The translations under genes were made by a program, and so were the position numbers. A model generated the notes under the pieces. That model saw nothing but the letters and a program-made list of their open reading frames with translations, was not told the origin of the DNA and made no database searches. This document shows positions 61,965-64,000 of a DNA stretch of 64,000 nucleotides, piece after piece; position 1 is the stretch's first letter, and every line of letters starts with the position of its first letter. Source of the stretch: Tubiluchus corallicola (taxonomy: Eukaryota > Animalia > Priapulida); contig JAQGDQ010000309.1 in assembly GCA_030141605.1 (NCBI GenBank), positions 1 through 64,000 on the forward strand. The letters run 5' to 3'.

Positions 61965-63379
61965 TCAAATATTTTTAATCTTATTCTTTGTTAACCCAAC
62001 ACAGTACTCAACAATGCTTATGCCAACTGCCAGAGCAATCCCACCAGCGAGAAACAGAAACATGCACTTGAGTTCGGCAAACCCGAGAGAGTCCGTCAAC
62101 ATGCCTTCTTCGGGAGGCACTAAACAATGGGAGCCATTTTGCTTGAACAAATTCGACACCCACTTTTCCGTCAACCCGGTTTCAGCCAGTCTTGCAGTAC
62201 CATAATCGATAATGCTCTTGTAAGGACTGTCAATAGGTAACGTCAGACACAAGTTCTTGAATGATGAGGAAACGTGAGGCACTATAGACAGTTGGCAGGC
62301 GCCATGTTTCTGAAAATTAGACAATATCAGTACCTTTCCTGTAAAGAAGGAAGCAAAAAAAAAACATAATTGTCTTGAGCAACAAGTTCCGTTGCTTCGT
62401 CAGTTGATGAAACTGGCACTTCACTATCTGATTGCATCTTCTCCCAAAGCTTTCCAAGGACAGAATTTTTAGGACTGTTGCGAAGATCATCGGTCATGGC
62501 CCAGCTTGTAATAGTCACCGGCATGTAAGATGACACAAAGATTTCCTCCATTGACTTAAATGGATAAGCAATAGATCTAATGGTGAGCGAACTGACCAAC
62601 GACCCCAAGTAAAGGTCAGACATGACTATTGCAAATAGCCACCAGATGGTCAACAAAGTCCGAGAAGCAACTGCCCTCGGCAGAATTGTCCAATTTTTTT
62701 GCAAAAACGAAACTGTGGTGTAACATAAGACGTACGTAATACTTGGGATTGGTGTCCGTTTGCTCACATTGCTTATAACTTTTTCCTCTATGTACATCAG
62801 GCAGCCACTGCTTAAACTAAATACCAATAAAACTATCCATATTTGCAACGAGAAAGGTGACAGTGAGGGGTTTCTTCGGAAGTGTTTGTCTGGCCTCTTG
62901 ATCAACGCAACTTCCTTTGATTCTATCACCGGCGTGGTGAAATGGAGAATTTTGGCCCGGCTTTGTGTCCTTCTTAATAAGGACATTATTAAATCCACCT
63001 TTCCACTGACAGCCAGTGATGTGTGGTTGTACTCTGTGAAGCTGTAATGCCGGGTGGTGTAGGTAAAGTTGGCAAATTGGCTAAGTTGTTCCAGGATAGG
63101 CCCAGTAATTGGGTACATAAACCTTTCTTCGACAAAAAACGCCGCTCGCAAATGAAGACCACCAGGCTGCTTGATTTTCTCACCAACTTTCACTCCGGAA
63201 ATGACGTTGCGGAATGAAACTCCTTCCGTTTGAGCTTGCAGCGTCTTTATCATATCTTGTCGAAGATCGTTAAGCTGGTCTTTAGGTTCAAAATCCAAAC
63301 TTCCGCAAATGCTCACGCACACTAACAATGTCAGAAAGCTGTAAACATTAAAGCACAACTTGGACTTGAAAATTTTCAT
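61965..63379 (-). CDS. Intronless divergent ionotropic receptor (iGluR/IR family, no ATD), about 471 aa if the frameshift at the A10 run 62355-62364 is corrected; may be a pseudogene
   Basis: Signal peptide; S1 VDLIMS..TQSRAKILHFTTP; M1 PFSLQIW; M3 RTLLTIWWLFAIVMSDLYLGSLVSSLT (SYTANLAAFLT-like); S2 LAETGLTEKW..C; M4 LKCMFLFLAGGIALAV. ORFs 62327..63379 and 61965..62324 join by a shift in the homopolymer (..NYVFF/ASFFTGKVLILSNF..). Confidence 0.85.
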
Positions 63380-64000
63380 TCTTTTGGATGCTCTGGTTAC
63401 GGTAAATTATATTAGCGGGTAACTGTAATTAATGCTGGATAGAAATTCTATAGTTATTGTTCTGTTTTAATGGTTCTATTTCACTATACATGGCACATAA
63501 TACTGCCTATCGTACAGCTGCCTATGTATTGATGACCACTAGAACTCCCGTGAAGTCTAATGGATGACCATAGGTTACATTTTCTGTGTCATTACATTAT
63601 TTGTCCATACATGGTTTTGTTGTGTGCAACAACCAGGGTAACACAGTATAGACAAAGGTATCATTCTGTAGCCGCTTGTCACCTGTGCAAAAGATAAACA
63701 TTAACTGTATGTGCAGTGACGTGTCAATATGCATTATGCAGCCCCAATACTGGCAGTTATTTGAGATGTGTGTGCATCGGATCAATTATTAACATATTCT
63801 TCAATTCATTCGTTTGCTCGTCCGTTCACTTGGTCGTTCATTTATTCGTTCATTTTTCTGTCTGTCCGTCCATGGCTATGTGCGTCCATTTAACCGTTGT
63901 CCCATCCGACCGCTGTTCATTCACTCATTCATTCGTTCGTTCGTTCATTTGTGAAATTTTATGCATTCATTCTAATTCTTTCTTCATTAATGCATTCTAT

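Overview
AT-rich, intron-containing animal (invertebrate) genomic DNA; the ionotropic-receptor-like gene suggests a protostome, but the taxon cannot be fixed from sequence alone. Manual GT-AG splicing with matching phases gives three host genes. (1) A minus-strand adhesion GPCR with 8 coding exons (16429->588): signal peptide, 43-aa Thr-rich repeat stalk, GAIN/GPS and TM1-4, running off the left edge. (2) Head-to-head with it, a plus-strand polycystin-1 (PKD1/REJ)-like gene with 17 coding exons and about 1607 codons in the window (23347->59648): signal peptide, WSC, PKD repeats and the start of REJ, continuing past the right edge. (3) An intronless, ATD-less iGluR/IR-like gene (63379->61965), antisense and probably inside a PKD1-like intron, split by a frameshift in a 10-base homopolymer. 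The introns hold a gag-only Ty3/gypsy element with LTR and tRNA-Leu PBS, three more LTRs (all four next to ATAT), several MITE/foldback elements, LINE 3' fragments, a small dispersed element carrying a minimal U3-A8 hammerhead ribozyme motif, and many mini- and microsatellites. There is no CRISPR array, rRNA or bona fide tRNA. I cannot support a wholly new system. The best leads are the ribozyme-bearing element, the gag-only element, the nested IR, and the aGPCR-polycystin-IR cluster.
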